DNA of 64,000 nt from Bdellovibrionaceae bacterium UBA1609 (GTDB lineage Bacteria; Bdellovibrionota; Bdellovibrionia; Bdellovibrionales; UBA1609): the NCBI GenBank assembly GCA_002321895.1, contig DCMZ01000015.1, positions 80,136 to 144,135 on the forward strand, written 5' to 3'. Below the pieces are notes generated by a model, which did not search any database, was not told the origin of the DNA, and worked only from the letters and a program-made list of their open reading frames with translations. The translations under genes were made by a program, and so were the position numbers. Shown here piece after piece: positions 30,105 to 39,505 of the stretch. The number at the start of each line of letters is the position of its first letter. Position 1 is the first letter of the stretch.

Positions 30105-30794
30105 ATGGACATCGTAGAGCTTAAAACGTGGGCGAAGAGTGCAAAAGGCGAGGCCATTCCTCTGTTTCACTCATTCGACCTTGCCACTATCGAGAACCGG
30201 CCCCATTTGGTGATGATTGGCGGAACTCATGGTGATGAACCCGCCGGAGTTCAGCTGGCGAAAGATACTCTTAACTACCTAAAATCACTAGATAATAATC
30301 TGTGCGCTTGGTCTTGGACCCTCATTCCCTGCTTGAACGCCGATGGCTATGCCCAGAATGAGCGCACCAATGGCAATGGAGTGGATCTCAATCGCAACTA
30401 TCCAAGTTCCAACTGGAGCCCGGAAAGTAAGAAGCCGCGCTATTTTCCGGGAAATGCTCCGGGGTCAGAACCAGAGATAGCGAGTCTTGTAGAATGGACT
30501 AAAAAATACCCGGTGAAGCTTTTTGTCCACTTCCACTCCTGGGAGCCCTGCGTTGTATGCACCGGCGCACCCGCCCGGCCACTCGCACAGTTTTTAGCAA
30601 ACTCATCCGGCTATCCGTTACAAGATCACATTGGGTACCCCACTGCGGGCAGCCTCAGCCAATTTGGTTGGTCCGATCAGAATATCCCGGTGATATGTAC
30701 AGAAGAAGATGACAATGCCGATTATAAAACCACCTGGGATAGATTTGGACCGGGATTAAAAAAACTTTTAAGTACCCCCTGCCCCTACTCCTAG
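30105..30794 (+). CDS. M14 zinc carboxypeptidase (MpaA-like murein peptide amidase)
   Basis: GGTHGDE (HxxE), NADG, NGNGVDLNRNYP, SEPE, HFHS. Confidence 0.85.
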   Translation: MDIVELKTWAKSAKGEAIPLFHSFDLATIENRPHLVMIGGTHGDEPAGVQLAKDTLNYLKSLDNNLCAWSWTLIPCLNADGYAQNERTNGNGVDLNRNYPSSNWSPESKKPRYFPGNAPGSEPEIASLVEWTKKYPVKLFVHFHSWEPCVVCTGAPARPLAQFLANSSGYPLQDHIGYPTAGSLSQFGWSDQNIPVICTEEDDNADYKTTWDRFGPGLKKLLSTPCPYS

Positions 30795-30851
30795 CGTTCA
30801 ATGCCACAAACTATTTTAAATTGACTTAACCCCTCTCCACCTTACAATTTA

Positions 30852-31565
30852 ATGGTGACTGACTCACAAGCCTCACCATTTAAAGCCTATATTTTTGATT
30901 TGGATGACACCCTATTAGACACCTATCGCTGCATTTTACCCAATGCAATGGCGGAGGCGTGCCAAGCCATGGTTGACCAAGGGCTAAACGCGTCCGTCGA
31001 AGACTGTTTGAATATGCATCAACAAGAGGTCTCTGCCCGACCTCGCCGATCGGTTTTCTCCACCATCATTGAAACTTTCAATGGCAAATCGGACCAAAAT
31101 GAAAAGATCATGAATGCGGGCCAAAAAGCGTTTTACGATCGAAAAGTCATTGAACCATTAGATCTTACACCTGGCAGTGAAGACGTCCTAAAAAAAGCCT
31201 CGCAATTTGCTGACGTTCATCTTGTCACTTCAGGTATCGAATCCACACAATTTCAGAAAATTGAAAAACTGAATATTGGTAACTTTTTTAACTCTATAAC
31301 AATAGTCAACACTTTGGATGGCGAAAGTAAATTAACCGCATTTGCTAACCTACTCAGTGACTACAACTATCGACCGGAAGAAGTTCTTGTGGTTGGTGAT
31401 CGTCGAGATCAAGAAATTTTTGCTGGTAAAACTTTAGGATTAAAAACCTGTTTGATTAAATATGGCGAATATAGAACTCTTCAACCCAATTGTGTTGAAG
31501 AGATTGCTGATTACGAAGTCGAAGATATGACAGAAATGGTGCAGCTGTGTCTAGTGCAACCCTAA
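30852..31565 (+). CDS. HAD-superfamily hydrolase
   Basis: FDLDDTL (DxD), VTSG, VVGDRRDQEI; TTGACT-N16-TACAAT promoter immediately upstream. Confidence 0.88.
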   Translation: MVTDSQASPFKAYIFDLDDTLLDTYRCILPNAMAEACQAMVDQGLNASVEDCLNMHQQEVSARPRRSVFSTIIETFNGKSDQNEKIMNAGQKAFYDRKVIEPLDLTPGSEDVLKKASQFADVHLVTSGIESTQFQKIEKLNIGNFFNSITIVNTLDGESKLTAFANLLSDYNYRPEEVLVVGDRRDQEIFAGKTLGLKTCLIKYGEYRTLQPNCVEEIADYEVEDMTEMVQLCLVQP

Positions 31566-33484
31566 CGGTTTCCGGTTCTAGCGTTCTCGTTGTTGGAGAC
31601 TCCGGAATCACATTTAAGGATATGGGCGTGGATGCCGTGCTTGATATTGAGCAAGCAGAATCTCTATTTGCCGAGCACGCTTACTCGGTCCTCCTGGTAT
31701 CCGCAACGGTAAGTCAAGAAGACGCTGAACGAGTTATTCAAAAAGCCCATGCAATGAATCCACTCACGCAAGTGGTTATCCAGTTCGACAAGAACAGTAA
31801 GATCAATTTAAGAAAAATAATCACCGAACAAAAAGTTTATAAAATTTTGGATGATTCTTCGGAGGCCTCAATACAAGGCATCTTATTTGGAGCTATCGAA
31901 CATCATAACGAATTAGAGCAACAGGAAAATCTTCACAAACTTTTTAACGACCAAAATGAAAAGCTGATTACACTTAAAGAAGAACTTGAAGAGCGAATTC
32001 AAAAGCGTGAAAAAACATTGAATAAATCCAAAGAACGATTAGTCATAGCCAATCATCGCATCCAAGCAATGCACGAAGCATTGATTGCCCTAAACAAGGC
32101 CGCCTCATTGTCCAATATGGAAACTCAGCTCAATCATAGCTTATCAGATGCTTTCGCCCTCACCTGGGTAAGGATCGTTTTTGCCCACCAAACCGACTTA
32201 ATACAAACCATTGAACAATCAAAGGATAAAAAAAGTTTTATCTCTGTTCCGCTTTATATTAACGCCGACTTGATTGGTTATTGTTTTTTTGCCCGCGCCA
32301 AGGAGAAAAAATTCACTAAAGATGAAAGAGACTTTTTGGATCAAATTTCTGAGACTGTTGCTATAGCCATTGACCGAATCTCTAAAAAGGAACTTTCCGA
32401 AAAATTGCGAGGTCAATGGGAGACCACTTTCAACGCATTTAGTGATCCCATATGTATAACAGACAGTAAATTTAATATCGTTCAGACCAATATGGCCTTC
32501 CAGGAGCAGAACAGAAAAAAGACTCGAGCCAACACTGGCATCAACGCTTTTGATGTTTTCTTTGACGACAATACCGATTATTTAAAATCGAAGATTAATG
32601 AAGGACCAGTTGAGGTTCGTGCTCGTGGCATAAAATCTGATGCCCCCGAGTTTTATCAAGTGAGCCAACATACAGTAAAGCTACCAAATACCTACGAACA
32701 AAAGAATGTTCTGATTTTTCATAACATCACTAAAAAGAAGCTTCTTGAACGACAGATCATTGAGTCAAGCAAACTCGCCGAGCTGGGAACCATTAGCAGC
32801 AGTATTGCCCACGAGCTCAATAATCCACTGGGAGGAATGCTCAACTTTCTACAGCTTATACAAATGGACTTAGACAAAGATTCACCGCACACGGGCGATA
32901 TCGAAGCTATGTTGAGCGCTGGAAAAAAATGTAAAGAGATCATCGAAAATCTCTTGGGATTTTCTCGAAGAACTTATTTTGATATTGCCGAAAATGTGAA
33001 ACTGAGAGATTTGGTAGAGAACGTTTTAAAGTTGTCTCAACTTCAATCTAAGTATTCGAATATTCACATTCATATCGTTGAAAGCCAAAAGGACGTGGCC
33101 ATCAACTGTGACGAGAACCAGGTCGCCCAGGCCATTAGAAATGTACTACAAAACTCCATTGAGGCCATACAATCCGAGCTAGAGCGCGACTCCGAATATG
33201 ATGGACAGATCCGAATTGAGATAAAAACGGAAGATAAAAACGCTGTACTCACAATTTCTGACAACGGTCCAGGAATTGATCTCAGTGACCAGAGCCTCAT
33301 TATAAATCCACTATTTACTACTAAAGATCAAAATCTGCATTCTGGTTTGGGATTGACCATTGCCCACCAAATACTTCATCAGCATGGTGGCCAATTGGAA
33401 ATATTTTCCCAGCCCATGGCCGGGACATCGGTAAAACTCTCCATGATCCAGTCTAGATTTCAGGGACCAGAGACAAGTTTTTGA
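31547..33484 (+). CDS. Cytoplasmic sensor histidine kinase (degenerate receiver-like N-terminus, GAF- and PAS-like segments)
   Basis: H-box IAHELNNPL, N-box QNSIEA, SDNGPGI, PLFTTK, GLGL. Confidence 0.9.
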   Translation: MSSATLTVSGSSVLVVGDSGITFKDMGVDAVLDIEQAESLFAEHAYSVLLVSATVSQEDAERVIQKAHAMNPLTQVVIQFDKNSKINLRKIITEQKVYKILDDSSEASIQGILFGAIEHHNELEQQENLHKLFNDQNEKLITLKEELEERIQKREKTLNKSKERLVIANHRIQAMHEALIALNKAASLSNMETQLNHSLSDAFALTWVRIVFAHQTDLIQTIEQSKDKKSFISVPLYINADLIGYCFFARAKEKKFTKDERDFLDQISETVAIAIDRISKKELSEKLRGQWETTFNAFSDPICITDSKFNIVQTNMAFQEQNRKKTRANTGINAFDVFFDDNTDYLKSKINEGPVEVRARGIKSDAPEFYQVSQHTVKLPNTYEQKNVLIFHNITKKKLLERQIIESSKLAELGTISSSIAHELNNPLGGMLNFLQLIQMDLDKDSPHTGDIEAMLSAGKKCKEIIENLLGFSRRTYFDIAENVKLRDLVENVLKLSQLQSKYSNIHIHIVESQKDVAINCDENQVAQAIRNVLQNSIEAIQSELERDSEYDGQIRIEIKTEDKNAVLTISDNGPGIDLSDQSLIINPLFTTKDQNLHSGLGLTIAHQILHQHGGQLEIFSQPMAGTSVKLSMIQSRFQGPETSF

Positions 33485-33493
33485 CGGCAAAAT

Positions 33494-33523
33494 TTGACAC
33501 CGACAAAACTCCACCACTATCAT
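33494..33523 (+). promoter_or_regulatory. sigma70-type promoter for the NtrC-family regulator
   Basis: TTGACA-N18-TATCAT; the -35 overlaps a GGCA-AAATT-TGAC box at 33486-33498. Confidence 0.55.
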
Positions 33524-33617
33524 AAAAAGCTGTAGGGGACTGGGTTTTAGGGGACCACTATCTCTTACAAAGTCTAGAAGGGTCACTCAGGACGAGAGAC
33601 CGTAGAGCCAAGGAAGG

Positions 33618-35027
33618 ATGGGGTCCATGCAGAAGCCGCGAATACTGATTGTTGATGATGATGCTAGTTTAAGAACCGCTCTTTTTCGATCGCTAGAGCG
33701 TTCCGGATACCAAGTGATTACAGCTAGTTGCGGGAAAGAAGCAGAAAGCTTTGTGCAAGGTAGTCATAAAGTGGACTTGGCTTTAATCGATTTACGTTTA
33801 CCGGATGGCGACGGCATAGAGCTTATGCAAAAAATTCGGTCAAACAGTCCTTCCACCCAGGCCATTATTTTGACAGGCTTTGGTTCCATTGAGGTAGCTG
33901 TGGAAGCCACTCAAAAAGGGGCTTTTCATTTTATCACCAAGCCTTTTAACTTAGATGAAATTCTATCAATTATCAGCAAAGCCTTCAGCCACTCCCAATT
34001 GGAACAAGAAAATCAACAATTGAAGTCCGCACTAAAGGGCAAGTATCGCTTTGATAACATTGTTGGCCAATCGGAAGGCATTTTGAATGTACTTAGTTTA
34101 GTAGAGCGCGTGGCGGAATCGGAGTCGACTGTTCTTGTAACTGGAGAAAGTGGAACAGGTAAAGAACTTGTAGCCAAAGCCATTCACTACAACTCCCCTA
34201 GAAGTAACCAACCCTTTGTTCCCATTAATTGCGGAGCTATCCCATCTGAGTTACTAGAGAGTGAACTGTTTGGTCACGTGAAAGGCGCTTTCACGGGCGC
34301 TATTAGTAATCGTATTGGACGTTTTGAAATGGCAGAGGGCGGGACCCTGTTTCTCGATGAAATCGGCGACATGTCCCCGACCCTACAGGTTAAAATTCTG
34401 CGAGTGCTACAAGAAAGAGAATTCGAGCCCGTAGGTGGTACAAAAACAATACAAGCCAACGTTAGAGTCATAGCGGCAACGAACATTGATTTAGAAAAAG
34501 CTGTAGAAGAAGGTCGTTTTAGGGAGGATCTCTATTATCGACTTAACGTTATCCCTATCCAAATCCCTGCTCTTCGTGAACGACGATCCGACATCCCACT
34601 TCTCTTTCACCATTTCATGGATGGCTTTAATGATAAACGTGAAAGAAAGATTCAGGGGATCGCCACAGAAGCCATTGAGGCCTTATATAACTATAACTGG
34701 CCAGGGAATATTCGTGAATTAGAGAACTTAGTGGAACGTGTCGCCATATTAAAAGGTGAAGGCATGATTCACATATCAGACCTGCCGGCCAAGTACCGAG
34801 GTTCTGCACCTGCTATTGCTACCTCCTCCAAAGAGTTGGAAATTCCAGAGAGTGGGATGGACTTTAATGGTGCCATTGAGAATTACGAAAACACTTTAAT
34901 TTTGAAAGCCCTTGAGAAGACCGGCTGGAATAGAAATCAGGCGGCCATTCTCTTGCGGCTGAATAGAACTACCTTAGTGGAAAAGATTAAGAAAAAAGGT
35001 CTTCGACCTCCCGAAGTCACACAATAA
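33618..35027 (+). CDS. NtrC-family sigma54-dependent response regulator (candidate FlrA/FleQ/FlgR-type flagellar activator)
   Basis: Receiver domain (VDDD, IDLRLP, KPF), GESGTGKE, GAFTGA, WPGNIREL, Fis HTH. Confidence 0.93.
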   Translation: MGSMQKPRILIVDDDASLRTALFRSLERSGYQVITASCGKEAESFVQGSHKVDLALIDLRLPDGDGIELMQKIRSNSPSTQAIILTGFGSIEVAVEATQKGAFHFITKPFNLDEILSIISKAFSHSQLEQENQQLKSALKGKYRFDNIVGQSEGILNVLSLVERVAESESTVLVTGESGTGKELVAKAIHYNSPRSNQPFVPINCGAIPSELLESELFGHVKGAFTGAISNRIGRFEMAEGGTLFLDEIGDMSPTLQVKILRVLQEREFEPVGGTKTIQANVRVIAATNIDLEKAVEEGRFREDLYYRLNVIPIQIPALRERRSDIPLLFHHFMDGFNDKRERKIQGIATEAIEALYNYNWPGNIRELENLVERVAILKGEGMIHISDLPAKYRGSAPAIATSSKELEIPESGMDFNGAIENYENTLILKALEKTGWNRNQAAILLRLNRTTLVEKIKKKGLRPPEVTQ

Positions 35028-35143
35028 CCCCTAGGTACCAAGTCTCATTTTCCGTTGCGAATCAGCTAAAAGGTGCCGCTCAACAGAAAAAGCGACTTGG
35101 TTCCCAAAAGAATCGTCTAAAAGTTCGTCAAGAAATCCAACAT

Positions 35144-35171
35144 TCAATTCGCCTAGACCAAGGTCCGATAA
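35144..35171 (+). promoter_or_regulatory. sigma28-like promoter, leaderless
   Basis: TCAA-N16-TCCGATAA ends 6 nt before the ATG at 35178. Confidence 0.7.
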
Positions 35172-35177
35172 GTCATC

Positions 35178-35942
35178 ATGACTAAATGGATGGCTCCCCT
35201 ATGGGTTATTTTTCTATTTCTTGTAATGACCGAATTGGCTCAAGCCCAAGAAGGCATTTATCAGGTTGTAGTTAAAAAACAGGAACAAAAACAACGCACA
35301 CGTTGGACTCTTGCCGATTGGCTTGCACAAAAAGACCGGATTCGTATGATGGATTACTGGCTAGCCATGAACACTTCGGACAACCCCTTTGAATTTTCAC
35401 TCTCCGTAGATACAGGTAACTTAAATGTCACCAGTGAGAGCAGCGGTTCTTCCACAGAGGAATCTGAACGGGCTAGCCAATATGGTGTATCCGCTTTTGC
35501 TAGCATTGTTGGGATTACCGGGAGGCTCGTTGAAAACAGTGATGGCTATGAAGGATCTGATCTCGCTTTTAATTTGAGACTCTTAGGCAGCTCTCAGCAA
35601 AATACAAATATAACCCTAGAATACGGTCAGTACCTTCGCAAAGCCGACATATTTAGCCTCAACGGTGAAGAGTTTAAATCTCCTTACTACGGAGCCAGCT
35701 TCACACTGTACTTTATCAAGTACTTTGGAATTAAAGGTCGCTATCTACAGATTCAAAAATCAGAATCTGCCAATGACATTAGCTTTCAAGGCACGCGCAC
35801 AGAAGTGGAAGCTTTTATAGATTACGGAATCATCCGTATCTTTGGTCAATGGTATGATGAACCCATTGAGTTTAAGCAATCAGGGACTACTACTGAACAG
35901 GACCGACAAGGCGTACAGGCTGGCGTAAAAATATTCTTCTAA
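35178..35942 (+). CDS. Putative outer-membrane beta-barrel protein
   Basis: Signal peptide (AQA), alternating amphipathic strands, C-terminal beta-signal-like GVKIFF. Confidence 0.7.
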   Translation: MTKWMAPLWVIFLFLVMTELAQAQEGIYQVVVKKQEQKQRTRWTLADWLAQKDRIRMMDYWLAMNTSDNPFEFSLSVDTGNLNVTSESSGSSTEESERASQYGVSAFASIVGITGRLVENSDGYEGSDLAFNLRLLGSSQQNTNITLEYGQYLRKADIFSLNGEEFKSPYYGASFTLYFIKYFGIKGRYLQIQKSESANDISFQGTRTEVEAFIDYGIIRIFGQWYDEPIEFKQSGTTTEQDRQGVQAGVKIFF

Positions 35943-35978
35943 CAATTTTTCAATAAAAAATGTAGGTCTCCAAATTAA

Positions 35979-36650
35979 TTGGAAAGAGCTGTACAGTTCA
36001 GACTAATTCCAAAATTAAGGCCGTCTTTTTTGACTTTAATTAGATTTGCAACCCTTTTGCCATTGTATTTAATTTTGATAGCTGTATCGACTTTGCATTC
36101 TCCAGCAAATGCAAACCCTACCCATTGTCAGGGTCTATTTGAATCTAATGACCCATCTGATTTGCAACCCAAAGTTCTCAAAACTACCACCTACCAAGGT
36201 ATCAATATTACAAAGATTCCACAGGATGTGATTGATTTTTCAAGCTTGAATCCAAAAATTCAAAAAGCCTTGCAACACATTATAGAAAAGACCGTTGTAA
36301 CTGCTATGAGAGAACAAGCCTTTTGGACGATCAAACTCAACTCAGAAGTTTATATCTTACATATTGAACTCCCACCTCTAGAACCCGGTGAGAACCGCCT
36401 TTCTGTGAACGGTGAAACCTCCTATAATCAGCTTTTAGATTTTCTTAAAAAGAGCCCTTTATACGACATTCAGTCTGTCAGTTTTTTCCACACTCACCCA
36501 CTAAATGGGTCGCCCATCTCTGAAGGTGATGTAAAGTTTATCCAGATGGTAAAAAAGTATCTTAAAAAAGATATTCAGCTTGAGGTATCTGCCTCAATCT
36601 ACGCCATTGACTTTAGCCTTATGCCGGTAATTTACCGAGTCACTCCTTAG
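35979..36650 (+). CDS. Secreted JAB/MPN+ (JAMM) metalloprotease-like protein (true start probably somewhat downstream)
   Basis: HTHPLNGSPISEGD is an exact H-x-H-x7-S-x2-D match, with an upstream Glu (MREQAF); signal peptide ending ANA followed by CQGLF. Confidence 0.6.
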   Translation: MERAVQFRLIPKLRPSFLTLIRFATLLPLYLILIAVSTLHSPANANPTHCQGLFESNDPSDLQPKVLKTTTYQGINITKIPQDVIDFSSLNPKIQKALQHIIEKTVVTAMREQAFWTIKLNSEVYILHIELPPLEPGENRLSVNGETSYNQLLDFLKKSPLYDIQSVSFFHTHPLNGSPISEGDVKFIQMVKKYLKKDIQLEVSASIYAIDFSLMPVIYRVTP

Positions 36651-36731
36651 CCGACTTACTAGGACCAGTAATTTTTTTCACAAAATGAGTTTAACCCTCC
36701 AATTGGACTCAAGGTTCTGTATAAATTATGA

Positions 36732-38903
36732 ATGAAATTTTTATTGCTATCCCTACTGTTCCTGCCCGTATCTGCTTTTGCAGATTTTAATTACCCTCAA
36801 TCTGAAGTAGAGCCCCAATTGGCCTACGAAAAGTTTGGAGTCCAAGTTTCTGATCCCTTTTTAAGTATGGAGCGATTGGACGATGCTGTTGAACGTTGGG
36901 TGGATCGCCAAAACGGATTCAGTAAATCATTGATCTATCAAACTGAAGAAGATCGAAATCGGGCCACTAACATTCGAACCTGGGTGGATGCCTTCTATGA
37001 ATATGCATATCCAAGAAATGTAGCTCCCCTGTCAAGCGGTGCTCATTTTGCGATATATGATGACGGCCGAACTCAGCACAACAGACTGATGTTTTTCGAT
37101 ACCGATGGACAATCCCAAGTGGTGTACGATCCCAGTATTGTTGATCCCACCAATAGAACCTATCTGTCTGGAATGAGTATTTCTCCAGAGGAAAAATATG
37201 TAGCGCTCTATTTGATCTATAGAGGTGGCGACAGTGGCTTTGTAGTCATCATTGATGCTGAAACTAAGACTGTCATTGATGAGATCCCCTATGTGATCAA
37301 AGGTCAATTCGCTTGGTCACATAATGAAGGCTACATTCGCTACTTTGCTAACAATCTATTTGGTGGGCCTAAACTGATGCTCCACAAAGTGGGAAACCGA
37401 ATCTCTCAAGATATTGTTGATCCATCGGCAAGCAGTGACTCTAGTGTTCTCTTTTTCGATCCTGCAAAAGACCTAACATTATCTCAATATCGAGATGGTC
37501 GGCTCATCATTAAATTAGAAAATCGAGAAGTGACTTCATCACTCTCTCAAAATGCAAACGTTAATTTTGTAGGGACTTTCAATGATCGCCTCTACTATAT
37601 GCGACAGTTTAGGGATGAAAACACTTGGAATTACGAACTTCTTTCTGAAAATCCAACAGGAGACGATCGCAATCTGATTAGACATTTTTCGAAACCTGAA
37701 ATTTTAGTAGGTATTGGCTTTGAAAACGGAAAATTCTTTACTCAAAACAGGCAGAGAAAAATTTCCGTATATGATCTTCAAGGCGAGGAAATCAGTCAGC
37801 TTGAAACCAATTTTGTCGCCCGACTTGCAAGAACTAACAGCGCTAGCCCAAAACAAAGAGTATTTGTCTACGCCACTGAATTCCGATTCCCATCGTTTGT
37901 GTACAGTTTCATTCACGATAGCAATAGTTTTGAAGTTCAACTTCCTGTGCAAGTACCTGAAGTCCTTGATCCCAATGAGTATACAGGCGAAGTACGAAGT
38001 ATCACTCGAGAAGATGGATCTCGTTTAGACTACACTATGATTTATAAACGAGAGATCGATGCCGAAGGAAATCCTATTCTTCCTAAAGACAAGCCAACTA
38101 TATTGCATGGTTACGGCGGTTTTTCTGTAAACATACAACCTTCATCTTACGACCCAAGAGTTACGTTTTTCCTAAAAAACGGCGGTGTATTTGTCTATGC
38201 CCATATTCGTGGAAACTCACAAACTCATGATCAGGGGCGACTACTTAACAAGCAAAACGTATTTGATGATTTTATAGCGGTAGGACGTAAATTGGTGAGT
38301 GATGGTGTAACTAGCACCGAAAAACTGGCCAGCTATGGTGGCTCCAATGGTGGACTGTTAACTGGTGCCACCCTACTTCAAGCCCCTGACCTATTTAAAG
38401 CAGCAGTGGTCAGTGTTGGAGTTTTGGACATGATTCGTTTTCCAGTTATGGGAAGAGATGCCGGTCAACACTGGGTGGCTGAATACGGAAATCCAGACGA
38501 AGAGGAACACTTTCAAAATTTAATGGGCTACTCTCCTTACCATAATGTAAAACCAAATGTGGATTACCCTATAACTATTGTTACTTCAGGAAGTAATGAT
38601 GAGCGTGTAAACCCCGCCCACTCCTATAAATTTGTGGCTCGAATGCAGACAGAGAGCACCTCGAAAAACCCAATCTTATTAATCAACGGAGCGAACAATG
38701 GCCATAGCTTCCATACAAAAGCGATAGGTGATTTTAAAGATGACTTTGTTTTACTTATGACTGCAATCACCAAGGCATTGGGAATGGAAGTAGATGCCTT
38801 CGTTCCACCAGCTCCCGTAGAGCAAAGACCACCTGTAGAGCAAGAACCTACAGAAGAAGAAGCTACAGAAAATGAGTCCAGTGCTTCTACTGAAAATGTA
38901 TAG
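36732..38903 (+). CDS. Secreted prolyl oligopeptidase (S9A family)
   Basis: Signal peptide; GYGGF, GGSNGGLL, NDERV and NGH triad motifs; Pro/Glu-rich tail. Confidence 0.93.
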   Translation: MKFLLLSLLFLPVSAFADFNYPQSEVEPQLAYEKFGVQVSDPFLSMERLDDAVERWVDRQNGFSKSLIYQTEEDRNRATNIRTWVDAFYEYAYPRNVAPLSSGAHFAIYDDGRTQHNRLMFFDTDGQSQVVYDPSIVDPTNRTYLSGMSISPEEKYVALYLIYRGGDSGFVVIIDAETKTVIDEIPYVIKGQFAWSHNEGYIRYFANNLFGGPKLMLHKVGNRISQDIVDPSASSDSSVLFFDPAKDLTLSQYRDGRLIIKLENREVTSSLSQNANVNFVGTFNDRLYYMRQFRDENTWNYELLSENPTGDDRNLIRHFSKPEILVGIGFENGKFFTQNRQRKISVYDLQGEEISQLETNFVARLARTNSASPKQRVFVYATEFRFPSFVYSFIHDSNSFEVQLPVQVPEVLDPNEYTGEVRSITREDGSRLDYTMIYKREIDAEGNPILPKDKPTILHGYGGFSVNIQPSSYDPRVTFFLKNGGVFVYAHIRGNSQTHDQGRLLNKQNVFDDFIAVGRKLVSDGVTSTEKLASYGGSNGGLLTGATLLQAPDLFKAAVVSVGVLDMIRFPVMGRDAGQHWVAEYGNPDEEEHFQNLMGYSPYHNVKPNVDYPITIVTSGSNDERVNPAHSYKFVARMQTESTSKNPILLINGANNGHSFHTKAIGDFKDDFVLLMTAITKALGMEVDAFVPPAPVEQRPPVEQEPTEEEATENESSASTENV

Positions 38904-39501
38904 AAAGATCTTTAGCCATCTCTAGCAACTGAGTTTTAGGGATGGCACCTTCACGCAAAACCCAACCCTTTTCACCCTCTAGTTTAATGACTGTGGAAGG
39001 CTGTCCCAGTCCCGTATTTTCAATCCAAGGAGCTATCTCTACGCCCAAATCGAGTTGCTTGGCTTCCTCAAAGTTTAATGCTGGAGGTTCACCCGATCGA
39101 TTAGCGCTGGTTGTAACAATGGGTGTCCTCACATAATGAAACAGCTTTTGGATAAACGGATGATCCGAACAACGTAAACCCACAAACCCAGTTCCACCAT
39201 GGACCTGTACAGGAACGTTTTCTTTCGCCGGCAAAACTAAAGTTAATGGTCCCGGCCAACACCACTCTATGAGGCTTTTCGCCCGGGAGGAAATTTCAGC
39301 TACATTTTGAGCCATGTAATAGTCTCTTACCAAAAGGCTAACGGCCTTGGTTTGCTCACGCCCTTTTATTTCAAAAACTTTATCCACTGCAACAGGATTA
39401 AAACCATCGCAACCCAATCCCCAAATGGTCTCAGTGGGATATAAAAACAACCCCCCTTGGGAAAGTTGTTCGGCTAAGTCTTCGTATCTTCGCTGTTCCA
39501 T
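38887..39501 (-). CDS. tsaC: Threonylcarbamoyl-AMP synthase TsaC/Sua5 (start moved to the ATG at 39501)
   Basis: YPTETIWGLGC, KGR, WPGPLT, TTSANRSG. Confidence 0.93.
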   Translation of the reverse strand: MEQRRYEDLAEQLSQGGLFLYPTETIWGLGCDGFNPVAVDKVFEIKGREQTKAVSLLVRDYYMAQNVAEISSRAKSLIEWCWPGPLTLVLPAKENVPVQVHGGTGFVGLRCSDHPFIQKLFHYVRTPIVTTSANRSGEPPALNFEEAKQLDLGVEIAPWIENTGLGQPSTVIKLEGEKGWVLREGAIPKTQLLEMAKDLSIHFQ

Positions 39502-39505
39502 GAAC

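Noticed and set aside
30051-30170. N-terminal extension of GlmU overlapping the M14 peptidase gene
   Set aside because: Longest-ORF artefact; GlmU homology starts after the ATG at 30050. The same applies to the track starts for trmFO, the dciA-like gene, mlaF, tsaC and 51811.
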